From the NCBI GenBank assembly GCA_965218095.1, contig OZ244587.1, positions 2,275,928 through 2,339,927 on the forward strand: a stretch of 64,000 nt of DNA. Direction: 5' to 3'. Made by a program: the position numbers and the translations under genes. Shown here one piece after another: positions 28,274 through 38,224 of the stretch (its first letter is position 1; each line of letters starts with the position of its first letter). The notes under the pieces are model-generated. The model made no database searches and was not told the origin of the DNA. It saw only the letters and a list, made by a program, of their open reading frames with translations. The stretch comes from Candidatus Poribacteria bacterium. GTDB taxonomy: Bacteria; Poribacteria; WGA-4E; PCPOR2b.

Positions 28274-29218
28274 CTATCGCCTGATTGTCAGCGGCGGGGC
28301 GCGTTGCACAATTTCCACCAGATGCCTCACAAGATGTCCGTTGAAATTATAGGGTTTGCCATAATCAGGCGCCTCTTGGAATTTCCGACAGATGAAAAGA
28401 TAGCAACCATCGCAATCTGCCTCAATGATTAGTGGGTGCCCAGAGGCGTCGCGTACAAAATCGACAACCCCGATCTCGAACCCAATCAAGTCTGATACAC
28501 ACAGTGCGAGCGATACCATTTCTTCATTGAGGGTTTCCAAAAACTCGTAATGCGCTCCTGTTGCGACATTGATGATCGATTTCTCGGCGGTATCGACGCC
28601 CTCCTTCACACGTATTGTGCCCATAGCTACCTGCCCTCCGACGACATACATGCGGTAGACGCGATCATTGGTTTGTGCTGTTGTACCGATGAACTGCTGC
28701 GCGTAATAAGGCGGTGCAAGCACGATCGTTTGATCAAGAATCTGGTTGTGCTCTCCAAAAGCAACTTGATACGTCCGACTGCGTGTAGTTGTCGTGATCT
28801 CCCTTCCCTGACGCCGTAAGATACGATGCCCAGCACCCCCACACAAGTTCGTCGATTTCAACAGAACGATTCCGCAGCGCTCTAGCATGTCCACCACCGC
28901 ATCCGGGGTTTGCGAGACGATCGTTTCGGGCGTCGGCAAGTTATCTGCCATGAGGAGCCGAGAGGTCGCGAGCTTATCAATAGCGATCTCCTGTGCTTGT
29001 GTTGAATTAATGACAAGCTGCTGCGATTCGATCCCTTTCAGCGTTTCCAGCCCATCGTACGGCAACACATAGATCAGATCTACATCTGCCTGGTCCAGCT
29101 CTGCTGTTGTCAGCCGGCAGCTTTGCCCACCGACAACACGAATTTCGTGTTCCAGATCTCGAATCAGGTTTTCCAACAGTAACCAGTACGCGGGTTCGTA
29201 GAGCAGTCCAATTTTCAT
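28274..29218 (-). CDS. ATP-grasp domain protein (RimK-like)
   Basis: 314 aa. LPTPETIV...VLLKSTNLCGGAGHRIL resembles an ATP-grasp glycine-rich loop. A later IIEADCDG resembles the Mg-binding end of the fold. Confidence 0.55.
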   Translation of the reverse strand: MKIGLLYEPAYWLLLENLIRDLEHEIRVVGGQSCRLTTAELDQADVDLIYVLPYDGLETLKGIESQQLVINSTQAQEIAIDKLATSRLLMADNLPTPETIVSQTPDAVVDMLERCGIVLLKSTNLCGGAGHRILRRQGREITTTTRSRTYQVAFGEHNQILDQTIVLAPPYYAQQFIGTTAQTNDRVYRMYVVGGQVAMGTIRVKEGVDTAEKSIINVATGAHYEFLETLNEEMVSLALCVSDLIGFEIGVVDFVRDASGHPLIIEADCDGCYLFICRKFQEAPDYGKPYNFNGHLVRHLVEIVQRAPPLTIRR

Positions 29219-29232
29219 GGGGAATCAGCGAA

Positions 29233-29297
29233 TTTATGAATGGATAAATGACGGAATATGCTTAACGTTTCACGCATCACGTTTTACGTCTCTGCCT
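29233..29297. repeat. Inverted pair of heptamer arrays starting 5 nt after the RraA-like stop
   Basis: Sense of the upstream gene: CGTAAAA CGTGATG CGTGAAA CGTTAAG, followed by the inverse type CCGTCAT TTATCCA TTCATAA. Confidence 0.55.
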
Positions 29298-30036
29298 ATT
29301 TAAGCGAGTTCAGCGCACGTTCACCTAGTTCAGCGATTTTCTTACGGGAGGTAGCACGCGCTTCCGCCCACCCCTCCAAATCTCGTTTGCCTGTTTTGAC
29401 AAAGTCCAGTACATAGCCCTCGGCTTCCATAAACTCATTGCAGAGATGGGCAACGCCACCGGCGATATGATTCGGAATTGTTGTCACCCCGTTGCAATCG
29501 CCATGCAGCAGATCGCCAGGATATACTGTGATACCGCCGACATGCACCGGTACGTTTACATCGATGATCCGGTGATAGCCGTGAGAGCAGTTAGTCCCGC
29601 TCGTGAAGGCCGGGAAATCAATCTCGTGTACCTGATCCAGATCTCGCCCGGCACCGCTCGTGATCAATCCCACGCAACCGAAGGTCTTGTATGTCATACA
29701 CATCACCTCGCCGAATGTAGCGGCGGCAGAAGGGACATCGAGATCTTGGAAGATGACAACACGAGGTTCGGGAATCGGATCAAACCCCGCAATTTGCCCC
29801 TCCATACCGGCATACGCATCGCCGCCACGCGGGGATGTACTTGTACAAAGTGTCGCAGTTGTCGCATAGCCTACCATCGGTGGCATTTCTGGAAAACAGG
29901 CTTGAATGCGGGCATCCATATAGCCCGTGTTTCGTGGACGAACGTCGAATAGTTCAATCACATTGCAGATTGTGGGCGTGTCTACACCCTTGAGGATTTC
30001 CAATTCTTCAGATGAAATTGTTTGGACCGGATTCAT
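29296..30036 (-). CDS. RraA family protein (RNase E regulator / HMG-CHA aldolase-like)
   Basis: VDTPTICNVIE..., GEVMCMTYKTFGCVGLITSGAGRD, VYPGDLLHGDCNGV. Start moved to the ATG at 30036, which has AGGGAGA upstream. Confidence 0.7.
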   Translation of the reverse strand: MNPVQTISSEELEILKGVDTPTICNVIELFDVRPRNTGYMDARIQACFPEMPPMVGYATTATLCTSTSPRGGDAYAGMEGQIAGFDPIPEPRVVIFQDLDVPSAAATFGEVMCMTYKTFGCVGLITSGAGRDLDQVHEIDFPAFTSGTNCSHGYHRIIDVNVPVHVGGITVYPGDLLHGDCNGVTTIPNHIAGGVAHLCNEFMEAEGYVLDFVKTGKRDLEGWAEARATSRKKIAELGERALNSLK

Positions 30037-30287
30037 AATTTCTCCCTTTGGCGTGTTTATCAAACTAACGGAATGCAAAACTTGCTTTGCAAAAACAGAT
30101 TATAACACGATTTTATTCTGAAGATAAGTCTATTTTTTCGTACCCTGGCGATTTATGCTTAATCTGAATGCTGAAAACGGAACAGCCCTCTCCCGACTGA
30201 ATTGCACTTGATTCGCATTTTGTCTTATGTTACGCTGTAGCAGTTTCAATGATAATGTTCGTTACCCAAACTTACCGAGGCACATTG

Positions 30288-31265
30288 ATGAAAGTAATTA
30301 TCCCCGCCGCAGGGAGCGGCACTCGACTGAGACCACATACCTATGCAACACCCAAAACGCTGTTACACGTCGCCGGACGCCCTATCCTTGCGCCGTTGGT
30401 TGGACTCTCTGATCTTTCCGAGTTGATTTTCGTCGTTGGGAATTTAGACGACCAGATCCGCGACTATGTCAAAATGAACTGCGATTTACCAGCGGCTTAT
30501 GTTCGGCAGGATAAGCAGAAGGGACTTGGACACGCTATCTCGCTTGCCAAAGAACGCGCCAATGGCGAACCGGTTCTAATTATGCTGGACGACGGCATTT
30601 TTGAAGTTGATTGTCAACGGCTTATTCAGAGTCCCTACACCGTCATCGGCGTCAAGGAGGTGGAGAATCCGCAAGTATTTGGCATCGTTGAGATGGAAGG
30701 CGAGTTTATCACCCGCCTGATCGAGAAGCCTGAAAACCCGCCGACAAACCTTGCCATTGCGGGTATGTATTACATCCGAAACAGCGAACTACTGTTCCAG
30801 TGTTTAGATGAAATTATTGAAAAAGACATCCGTACCAAGGATGAATATCAGTTGACAGATGGTTTGCAGTTGATGTTAGAATATGGCGAGAAGATGAAGG
30901 TAGAGTCGATTAACTGGTTAGATTGCGGTAAGCCAGACGTGCTGCTAGAAACCAATCGGTATCTGTTAGAAAGACACCCCCAAAATTATCAATTCCCAGA
31001 CGCCGTGCTCATCCCGTCTGTCTTTATTGATGAGGATGCAATCATTAAGCGCGCTGTTATTGGTTCCTATGCCTCGATTGGCAAAGGGGCTCGAATTATC
31101 AATGCCATCGTTAGAGATGCGGTGATTAACCCTTATGCGGACGTACAAAATGTCCTCATCAGCCGATCACTCATTGGGGAATCCGCTCAGGTGCGTGGAC
31201 ATTTTCATCGACTCAATGTTGGCAGTTCATCGCAGATTGATCTGCTGAATGACATAGACTCATAG
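30288..31265 (+). CDS. Sugar-phosphate nucleotidyltransferase with a C-terminal left-handed beta-helix
   Basis: MKVIIPAAGSGTRLRPHTYATPKTLLHVAGRPIL is the NTP_transferase signature. The C-terminal half is hexapeptide-repeat-like. Confidence 0.75.
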   Translation: MKVIIPAAGSGTRLRPHTYATPKTLLHVAGRPILAPLVGLSDLSELIFVVGNLDDQIRDYVKMNCDLPAAYVRQDKQKGLGHAISLAKERANGEPVLIMLDDGIFEVDCQRLIQSPYTVIGVKEVENPQVFGIVEMEGEFITRLIEKPENPPTNLAIAGMYYIRNSELLFQCLDEIIEKDIRTKDEYQLTDGLQLMLEYGEKMKVESINWLDCGKPDVLLETNRYLLERHPQNYQFPDAVLIPSVFIDEDAIIKRAVIGSYASIGKGARIINAIVRDAVINPYADVQNVLISRSLIGESAQVRGHFHRLNVGSSSQIDLLNDIDS

Positions 31266-31303
31266 TAGAAATTCTTGACATCTGACCTGAAAAGGTATCA
31301 CTT

Positions 31304-32643
31304 ATGAAAATTGCAATCATCGGCACCGGTTACGTCGGGTTGACGACATGTGTCGCAATGGCTTATTTGAACCATGAAGTCGTGGGTGTGGATAAGGACC
31401 TGCAAACTCAGTCTGTTACAACGAGGTAAAAGCCCCATTCACGAGGCAGGTCTCCAAACCCTCTTGGACCAAACCGCGAAAGATATTGATTTCACAGATA
31501 ATACATCAGATGCTGTGGCAAACGGAGACATCATCATGATCGCGGTAGGTACTCCCCAGAAGCAAAGTGGGGAGGCGAATGCACGTTACGTGGAAGAGGC
31601 GGCACACGATGTCGCCCAAGGGCTTGAATCCAATCGGAAATATACTTTGGTAGTCAAGTCCACCATGCCAATCGGTACCAATCATCGGGTCGCTCATGTG
31701 GTGAACCGTACTGTCCCAGCGCGGTGTAGAGACAGACATATATTTTGCCTCTAATCCTGAGTTTTTGCAGGAAGGTCTCGCCCTACATGGTATGTTCTAT
31801 CCGGATCGGATTGTTGCGGGTGCTGAACGCCCAGAAGCAGTGGAAGCCTTGCGTCGGATGTATCGCCCAATCCTGGAACAAACCTTTGATCCGCTAGGCT
31901 TTTTATCACGTCCCGAAGGATACAGTCTGCCGCCTTTAATCAGCGCTGAAATGATGAAGTACGCCGCGAATACATTCCTTGCCCTCAAGATTAGTTTCAT
32001 TAACGAGATTGCCGGGCTGTGCGAAAAGGTCGGTGCGAATGTCACTGAGGTTGCTCGTGGGCTTGGGTTAGATACTCGCATCGGTCATCGCTTTCTCGGC
32101 ACCGGGCTTGGGTGGGGCGGTAGCTGCTTCCCTAAAGACACCGCCGCACTTGTAAGCGTGGGAGCGGAATACGGTTACTCCATGCCGGTTGTTCAAGCAG
32201 CTCGTGAGGTGAACCGGCGTCAGTGCCAATCGATCGTTGAGAAGCTACAACAGGCTCTGAAGATATTGCGAAGCCAAACGATAGGCATACTGGGACTTGC
32301 TTTTAAGCCCAACACCGATGACGTTCGAGAAGCCCCCGCTCTGGATATTATCCGAATCCTGGTTGAACAGAGTGCACATGTACGCGTGCATGATCCAGTC
32401 GCCATTCCCGGTGCTCAACAAGCCTTAAAGGGACTAGATGTGAAGTTTACTAAAGACTGCTACCGTCTGGCAGATGGGGCGGATGCGCTGGTACTCGCAA
32501 CGGAATGGGAAGAATACCACACCCTAGAGCTCGCCCGCCTCGCCAAATGCATGAAAAATTCTGTCTTAATTGATGGACGCAATTTCTTTAAACCCGAGGA
32601 AGCAGAAGCAGCCGGGTTTGTGTACATGGGAATCGGGCGGTAG
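31304..32643 (+). pseudogene. ugd: UDP-glucose/GDP-mannose 6-dehydrogenase, two frameshifts
   Basis: Three consecutive frames carry MKIAIIGTGYVGLTTCVAMAYLNHEVVGVDKD, then KLSLLQRGKSPIHEAGL...IMIAVGTPQ...VVKSTMPIGT, then RGVETDIYFASNPEFLQEG...GWGGSCFPKD... The frame moves +1 near 31403..31407 (CAAAC) and again near 31704..31712. Confidence 0.75.
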
Positions 32644-32703
32644 CGGCTAATACCGAGTCAATCACAAATGAGTATCGAACTTTCCGTGTAGGGAGGTAGC
32701 CAG

Positions 32704-33185
32704 TCAATTTATCGCTGTGGATGACAAATTGGCATCAGATGAAGGAGGGAACGAGAGATAGATTTCTTGTCGCGGAAAGTTGGAGTACAGGGCGACATCG
32801 GTCAAAAAATCCTCGAAACCAAGTATGATTGGGTAGGTATCGTCGGAAAGGAGATGGACTTTGATCATCATCGGTGAGGAAATCCGTTCACTCTCTTCGG
32901 CATCGTGGAGACGTAACGACACTTGCCCCAACCCTGGCCCATCGGATGCCCCACAAAAGGAACCTCAACTTCAACATCGGAGTGGAGTCCATAACGAATT
33001 GCTTCCCGGACCTGGCGCGGCATTATAGAAATGGGACCGCCGGTATTGATGATTGCTTTCCTGCTTCTCGGCCAACCCTCAGGCGTTTCAAAGGACACAT
33101 CTGTGATGATTCGGACATAGCGAACCAGTGTTCCCCGTTGCAAGTAGTCCAAATTAGCTTGGACGCTGTACCTTAACCTTACCAC
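32704..33185 (-). pseudogene. Retropepsin-like (clan AA) aspartic protease homologue, frameshifted
   Basis: ORF 32868..33185 carries AIINTGGPISIMP (the DTG-type motif with Asn for Asp). ORF 32704..32931 carries PIILGFEDFL (ILGxDFL flap/dimer motif). The two frames overlap near 32870..32960. Confidence 0.5.
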
Positions 33186-33448
33186 GAGATTGCCAGATGC
33201 CCCTCAATGAAAGTATAGACACACTGTCCCTTGCTGACCTCGGCTTCTCTTTGGTGAGCCACCATGTCAACTTCGCCCAAATCTTCGCTAGCAACTGCGA
33301 CCTCTTTTTCAAGCACAGCAACCCAGTGGTCTGGATACTTTTGGGTGAGTGCGTTGATATTCTCATTAATCCATCTAGCGTCCTCAGAATACCGCTTGGG
33401 AAGTTTCGTAGGTTCAGGAAAATCCTTGGGAAGTTTGGCATAAGGCAT
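33179..33448 (-). CDS. DUF5678-like small protein, upstream partner of the protease homologue
   Basis: MPYAKLPKDFPEPTKLPKRYSEDARWINENINALTQKYPDHWVAVLEKEVAVASEDLGEV. Start moved to the ATG at 33448, which has GAGGTGA upstream. Its stop overlaps the protease start by 7 nt. Confidence 0.5.
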   Translation of the reverse strand: MPYAKLPKDFPEPTKLPKRYSEDARWINENINALTQKYPDHWVAVLEKEVAVASEDLGEVDMVAHQREAEVSKGQCVYTFIEGHLAISW

Positions 33449-33570
33449 CTCGTTCACCTCACTTTGAGGTGGTTTGTGACAATTATAACCTGTGGCGTTT
33501 AGAAATTCAACGATGTTAAGAAGCAAAGGATTAATCTTGAAACCGATTAAGATTAAGAAGGAGAAAAAAT

Positions 33571-34602
33571 ATGCACTATCGACGCTTAGGAAGAACAGGA
33601 CTGAAAGTGTCAGAATTCTGCCTCGGGACAATGACGTTTGGGCAGCCTGACTGGGGCAACGATGAAGCGCAATCTGATGCAATCTTCAACGCAGCCCTGG
33701 ATGCCGGCGTGAACTTTTATGACACCGCGAATTCTTATGCAGATAGTCAGTCGGAAATAATCCTGGGTCGCATCATGAAGCGTAAGCGGGATAAGCTCAT
33801 CATCGCTACCAAAGTCTTCAACCCGATGGGGACGGACATCAACGATTCCGGGACTTCGCGGGTGCATATCATGAGGGCGGTTGAGGATAGTCTCAGACGC
33901 CTGCAGACAGACTATATCGACCTCTACCTAATCCACCATGTGGACAGGGAGACGCCAACTGAGGAACGATTGCGCGCCCTTGATGACCTTGCCCATCAAG
34001 GCAAGGTTCGCTACATCGGTTGCAGCAACGAGTATGCCTGGCGCTTGTGTGACGCCCTTTGGATTAGCGAAGTGAAGAATCTGGCGCGCTATGAAACTCT
34101 CCAACCCCAATACAATCTGCTGACACGAGATATTGAAGAGGAAATCTTACCGCTCTGCCGCGAGAAAGGGGTCGGCGTGTATGTCTGGGGACCATTGGCA
34201 GGGGGGTATTTAACAGGGAAATACAAGCCGGGCAAGCCGCTCCCTGAGGATTCCCGCTTTGCCCGAAGAACGGAGAGTTCAATAGATTGCTACGCTGGCC
34301 CTCGGGTGCAGGAGATTGTGGAGATGCTTCGTGATGTCGCCCAGGGCTTGGGGCGGAGTATGGCACAAGTTGCGTTGCGCTGGATTTTAGAGCAGGAGGG
34401 AATTACCTCTGTCATCGTTGGGGCGACAAAGGTGGAGCAACTGCGGGACAATATCGGTTGTTCGGGCTGGAGTTTGCCTGATGATGCTTTGACCCGGTTA
34501 AACGAAGTCTCGGCGCCTCTAATGCGTTACCCGGATTCGATGGAGTTGAACATTCACGAACGTCGGGCAAATGTCGTGGATATGCCGACGCTGGGTGCGT
34601 GA
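33571..34602 (+). CDS. Aldo/keto reductase
   Basis: MHYRRLGRTGLKVSEFCLGTMTFG, FYDTANSY, IATKV, LYLIHHVD and IGCSN motifs. Confidence 0.9.
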   Translation: MHYRRLGRTGLKVSEFCLGTMTFGQPDWGNDEAQSDAIFNAALDAGVNFYDTANSYADSQSEIILGRIMKRKRDKLIIATKVFNPMGTDINDSGTSRVHIMRAVEDSLRRLQTDYIDLYLIHHVDRETPTEERLRALDDLAHQGKVRYIGCSNEYAWRLCDALWISEVKNLARYETLQPQYNLLTRDIEEEILPLCREKGVGVYVWGPLAGGYLTGKYKPGKPLPEDSRFARRTESSIDCYAGPRVQEIVEMLRDVAQGLGRSMAQVALRWILEQEGITSVIVGATKVEQLRDNIGCSGWSLPDDALTRLNEVSAPLMRYPDSMELNIHERRANVVDMPTLGA

Positions 34603-34623
34603 TGCGTAAAACGTAATATGTGA
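34596..34623. repeat. Heptamer array TGCGTGA TGCGTAA AACGTAA TATGTGA; the first TGA is the AKR stop codon
   Basis: Read directly. Stop-type triplets end at 34602, 34609, 34616 and 34623. Confidence 0.6.
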
Positions 34624-34804
34624 GCGAACCTCTCAAAAAAGATCCACAAAATGCGTCAACTGTACAACCCAAAGTATGAAGATTATTCATATATGTGTTT
34701 GGTTGTCGATACGCTTACCCTTTATCTAAAGTAGGAGGAGCAGATCAAATCTGAACGGATTAATCGTAATCGTCCAAACGAGCGACGCCCGCGTAAATAA
34801 TATC

Positions 34805-35572
34805 CTAAATCAAAGATTTCAGCGTCTGGGCAAAGCGGGGAACGACTATCATCGCATCCTCCGCAGCTTCATATTCGATCGACAGATAGCCTCTGTAGCC
34901 CTGCGCATTGAGCATGCTGACGATCTTCGAGAAATCCGCTGCTTCATTGCCGCCGCTCTCTTTGGGGATCTCCGTCTTCGCATGCGCGGTTACGGCGTAA
35001 GGGGCGACGCGCGCCAGTGAACCGTAGGGATCCTGACGGAAGTTGCCCGTATCCAAATTCACGCCTACCCATTCAGAGCTGACCGACGTGATCAAATCGA
35101 TAACCTGATCGGCGGTGGACGTAATTCCACCGTGATTCTCCAACGCCAGCAATACGCCCCGCGGCGCAGCATATTCCGCACATTCCTTCAGACCGTCAAT
35201 CACCCATTGGCGAACTTCCGCCTCGCTATGTCCTTCAGGCGTTCCCCCAGCGAATACACGCAAGCAGGGCGCTCCCAGCTTAACAGAGATGTCAACCCAG
35301 TCCTTGACATACTGGATCTGCCTGGCGTGTTCGCCCGCGTCGGCGTCTGTGAACCGATTCCCAACCGCCGCCGCCGAAATCTGCAATCCAAGCAGATAAC
35401 ACTGGCGTTTGAGTGTGTATAAATAAGCATCGTCTGTTGACTGGAAATAGTACGCAGTCAACTCAACGCCGTCCACATCCATCTCGACAGCCTTCTGGAG
35501 AAAGTTCTCAAGGCTCATATCTTCACTTGTCAAATACTGGCGAAATGAATATGCGGCACATCCAACCTTCAT
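34805..35572 (-). CDS. Sugar phosphate isomerase/epimerase (xylose-isomerase-like TIM barrel)
   Basis: MKVGCAAYSF start with GGGAGG upstream. LALENHGG and LSIEYE motifs. Confidence 0.7.
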   Translation of the reverse strand: MKVGCAAYSFRQYLTSEDMSLENFLQKAVEMDVDGVELTAYYFQSTDDAYLYTLKRQCYLLGLQISAAAVGNRFTDADAGEHARQIQYVKDWVDISVKLGAPCLRVFAGGTPEGHSEAEVRQWVIDGLKECAEYAAPRGVLLALENHGGITSTADQVIDLITSVSSEWVGVNLDTGNFRQDPYGSLARVAPYAVTAHAKTEIPKESGGNEAADFSKIVSMLNAQGYRGYLSIEYEAAEDAMIVVPRFAQTLKSLI

Positions 35573-35629
35573 TATGACCTCCCAAATCAATAAATCAACT
35601 TCACCTAGAAATTGGCAATGTAATGCTCA

Positions 35630-35691
35630 AGCATAAAACGTAAAGCGTAAAACGTAAGCTATTTCACGTTTTGCGCCTTATGTCTCACGCA
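35630..35691. repeat. Inverted pair of heptamer arrays downstream of the glyoxalase gene
   Basis: AGCATAA AACGTAA AGCGTAA AACGTAA, then gctat, then TTCACGT TTTGCGC CTTATGT CTCACGC. The halves are about 80 percent complementary, giving a long hairpin. Confidence 0.6.
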
Positions 35692-35723
35692 CGAGCCCGT
35701 AACACCAGTAAGCAAAAACAGGC

Positions 35724-36134
35724 TCACGCGCTCAACTCATTCATAATCTTCTCAACATTTTCCAGCAATTCAACTTCGTAACTATCCGGATCTGTGATGA
35801 AAGCCATCTTCATGCCGCCCGATGTGAATTGCTCTCGCCAGCCATCAGGCCAAATTTCAAGACCCGCTTTCTCCAGCTTATCGCAGCAGGCAACGAGATC
35901 CGGCACACCAATGGCGAAGTGCATCAAATCTTCCGGAACGTTGAGCTCATAGTCGGGCGAATAGGTCAACTCCAGGGTATGTACGTTACCCGGCAGTTCA
36001 AGATGGACGATCTGGTTGCCGGCCGGCGATCTATCGCTCCGACTTTTCACAACGAAGCCTAAGTGATCGCAATACCAATTAATCGACCGATCCAAGTCGC
36101 TGACTCGAACCCGTGTGTGTAAAAAAACAGCCAT
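35724..36134 (-). CDS. VOC-family glyoxalase I-like protein (lactoylglutathione lyase type)
   Basis: FLHTRVRVSDLDRSINWY...LELTYSPDY...HFAIGVPD...AFITDPDSYEVELLE. Confidence 0.75.
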   Translation of the reverse strand: MAVFLHTRVRVSDLDRSINWYCDHLGFVVKSRSDRSPAGNQIVHLELPGNVHTLELTYSPDYELNVPEDLMHFAIGVPDLVACCDKLEKAGLEIWPDGWREQFTSGGMKMAFITDPDSYEVELLENVEKIMNELSA

Positions 36135-36405
36135 TGTGGTTTCCTTTCTGTTATTGGGTTTGAATTAATCTCCTAAAGCGGAGATGCTCGAATTGGTTTC
36201 TTAGCGTAGTGCGACAGAACCCTTTCAAAGAAAAGGCGATTCTAAACAATGATAACACACGATCCACTGCCGAGCAAGCTGATTGTTAGGGGGCATCATT
36301 TCTTTGTTGAAAAATTCCGCTAAATGAGAGACAATATGTTGAGCTAACGCTGTTCTATCTATGAATTGTTGAGAAATTCGTTCTGTAGCATGTATGAACT
36401 GTACG

Positions 36406-36478
36406 GCGTATTGCGTGAGGGGTGAGAAGTGATGAATAAAACCTGATGAGCGGATTTCTCACTCGTTACGTTTCATCC
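36406..36478. repeat. Inverted pair of heptamer arrays in a 560-nt intergenic gap
   Basis: GCGTGAG GGGTGAG AAGTGAT GAATAAA ACCTGAT ... TTTCTCA CTCGTTA CGTTTCA. Confidence 0.4.
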
Positions 36479-36698
36479 CAATTCGATTTCTACAGTTTTG
36501 TGAAGCAAATTACAGATCACTTCATTAAAATTGTTTATATTTTAAGCTATGTGTGACCTTTCGCATTATTTCGGAACAGTTTTTCTAATTTTTAGATCCA
36601 GTCGTAGCAAGGGTTCCCAACATCCCGATTCGATGGATTGCCACATCACCGCAAAGGTCGTGTTTCTCAAGTGAAACGGCCGATTATTAGATCCGTGC

Positions 36699-37499
36699 TA
36701 GGTTCTGTTGACATTTCAAGGGAGCCATATAAGAGTGGAGACAAAGCTGAGAAATCCAAAATAACGGATAGCTAACTTCTCGAACCGAGAGAAGATGCGG
36801 CGATACCATTTTATCTTGTTAATGAAACATTCAACCAGATGTCCCTCTTTGTACAGATGTTTGTCGTAATCTCTTTGATCCACACGATGACTTTTTGGCG
36901 GTATCACCGCAATTGCTCCATTCGCCTCAATAACCGCGATAAAATTGTCGGAGTCATATCCCTTGTCTCCAATCACATACTCGCTTTTATATCCAAGTAT
37001 CAACGCTTCTGCTTCCGCTATGTCGTTTCTTTGACCGGGCGTCAGATGTATTCTTAGGGGATTACCCAGGCCGTCAACGGTGATGTGAATTTTTGTACTG
37101 AATCCCCTGCGAGAGCAGCCTAACGCTTGGTTTTCAGTTCCCCCCTTTTTTTTCGGCACCCGCCGCACACGGGTGCGCTCGAATGATTGTACTGTCCACA
37201 ATAAGCGACTCGATATCGGGGTCGGCGGCGAAGTGGTGGTGGATCTGTGTGAAGCCCCCTTTGTCGCACCACCGTGCAAAACGCTTATAGAGGGTGTTCG
37301 ATTTACCATAGGTGTCTGGCAGAAGTCCCCATTGAGCACCGCTTCGATAAAGCGGCGTGTTGTCGCTTCGTTGCCAACATAAATGTTGGGACAAGTTAGA
37401 AGAAACGAGTATATCTTTTTCCATTGGTCATCGGGTAAGGTTATTGGCATCATTCTTCTATTATGCCACAACCTTATACTCAAATGTCAACAGAACCTA
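36699..37499 (-). mobile_element. IS5-family element, copy B (801 bp), degenerate
   Basis: Same IRs and TA flanks as copies A and C but more diverged. A 22-nt deletion in orfA (..EAVL/NGDF.. versus ..EAVLWVTRSSAQWRLL..) breaks the frame. The poly-A tract is A8 followed by G6. Confidence 0.8.
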
Positions 37500-37597
37500 C
37501 GTGCGGGTTCGTACTCCGAAATTAAAAAAACTTCCTCGGGATTACGCGAAAGGTAAGTATGTGATATACTTTTGTCCCAAATGGAAATCTATCGGAG

Positions 37598-38195
37598 GTG
37601 ATGAAGATATTCAGATCCGCTTCGATTGTCTTAGCTTTCGTGATTTTATGTGCATGCTTCTATGCGTGTGGCGGTGATGAGGAGCCTACTTATGACCTCC
37701 GTCAAGACCTCCCGTCCGTTGTCCCGGAAGATTTCGGTCCAGCGCCTCCATTTCAGCTTGAAGACCTTAATGGAAATCAGGTGTCGTTGGCGGATTTCCA
37801 GGGTCAGGTTGTTGCTGTCAACTTTTGGGCAACGTGGTGTGGACCTTGCCGTCGTGAAGTTCCAGAATTTGTCGAAGTTCAAGCGGAACACCAGGATGAC
37901 GGATTTACGATTCTTGGAATTTCTCTGGATATAGAGTTCGACGACAATGGAAACCTTATAAAAAATGAAGAAGACGTTCGTGAATTCCTCGAACAGTTTG
38001 AAGTGAATTATCCAGTTTGAAGTGAATTATCCGACCCTCTGGGATACCAAAGACGTGTACGGAGATGCGTATAACGGCTTCGGTCTGCCGACCACCGTTA
38101 TTTTGGATCGGAACCATAAAATTCGATTCAGACATAATTCGATTGTTGATAAGGTCATTTTCAAGGCGGAAGTTGCAATGCTATTGAATGAGTAG
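37598..38195 (+). pseudogene. TlpA/ResA-like thiol:disulfide oxidoreductase lipoprotein, disrupted by a 19-bp tandem duplication
   Basis: Signal/lipobox MMKIFRSASIVLAFVILCACFYACGG and active site FWATWCGPCRRE. After the duplication the +1 frame continues YPTLWDTKDVYGDAYNGFGLPTTVILDRNHKIRF...LLNE* to the TAG at 38193..38195. Confidence 0.75.
37994..38031 (+). repeat. Perfect 19-bp tandem duplication CAGTTTGAAGTGAATTATC x2
   Basis: Copies at 37994..38012 and 38013..38031, read directly. It creates TGA at 38018..38020. Confidence 0.95.
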
Positions 38196-38224
38196 ATGGG
38201 TGCCAGGGAACAGCAATTAAATTT

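Noticed and set aside
36694-37504. CGTGC on both sides of IS5 copy B as a 5-bp target-site duplication.
   Set aside because: Copies A and C show no such repeat. The copy C junction rebuilds an intact in-frame gene only with a 2-bp TA duplication. The CGTGC match is probably coincidental.
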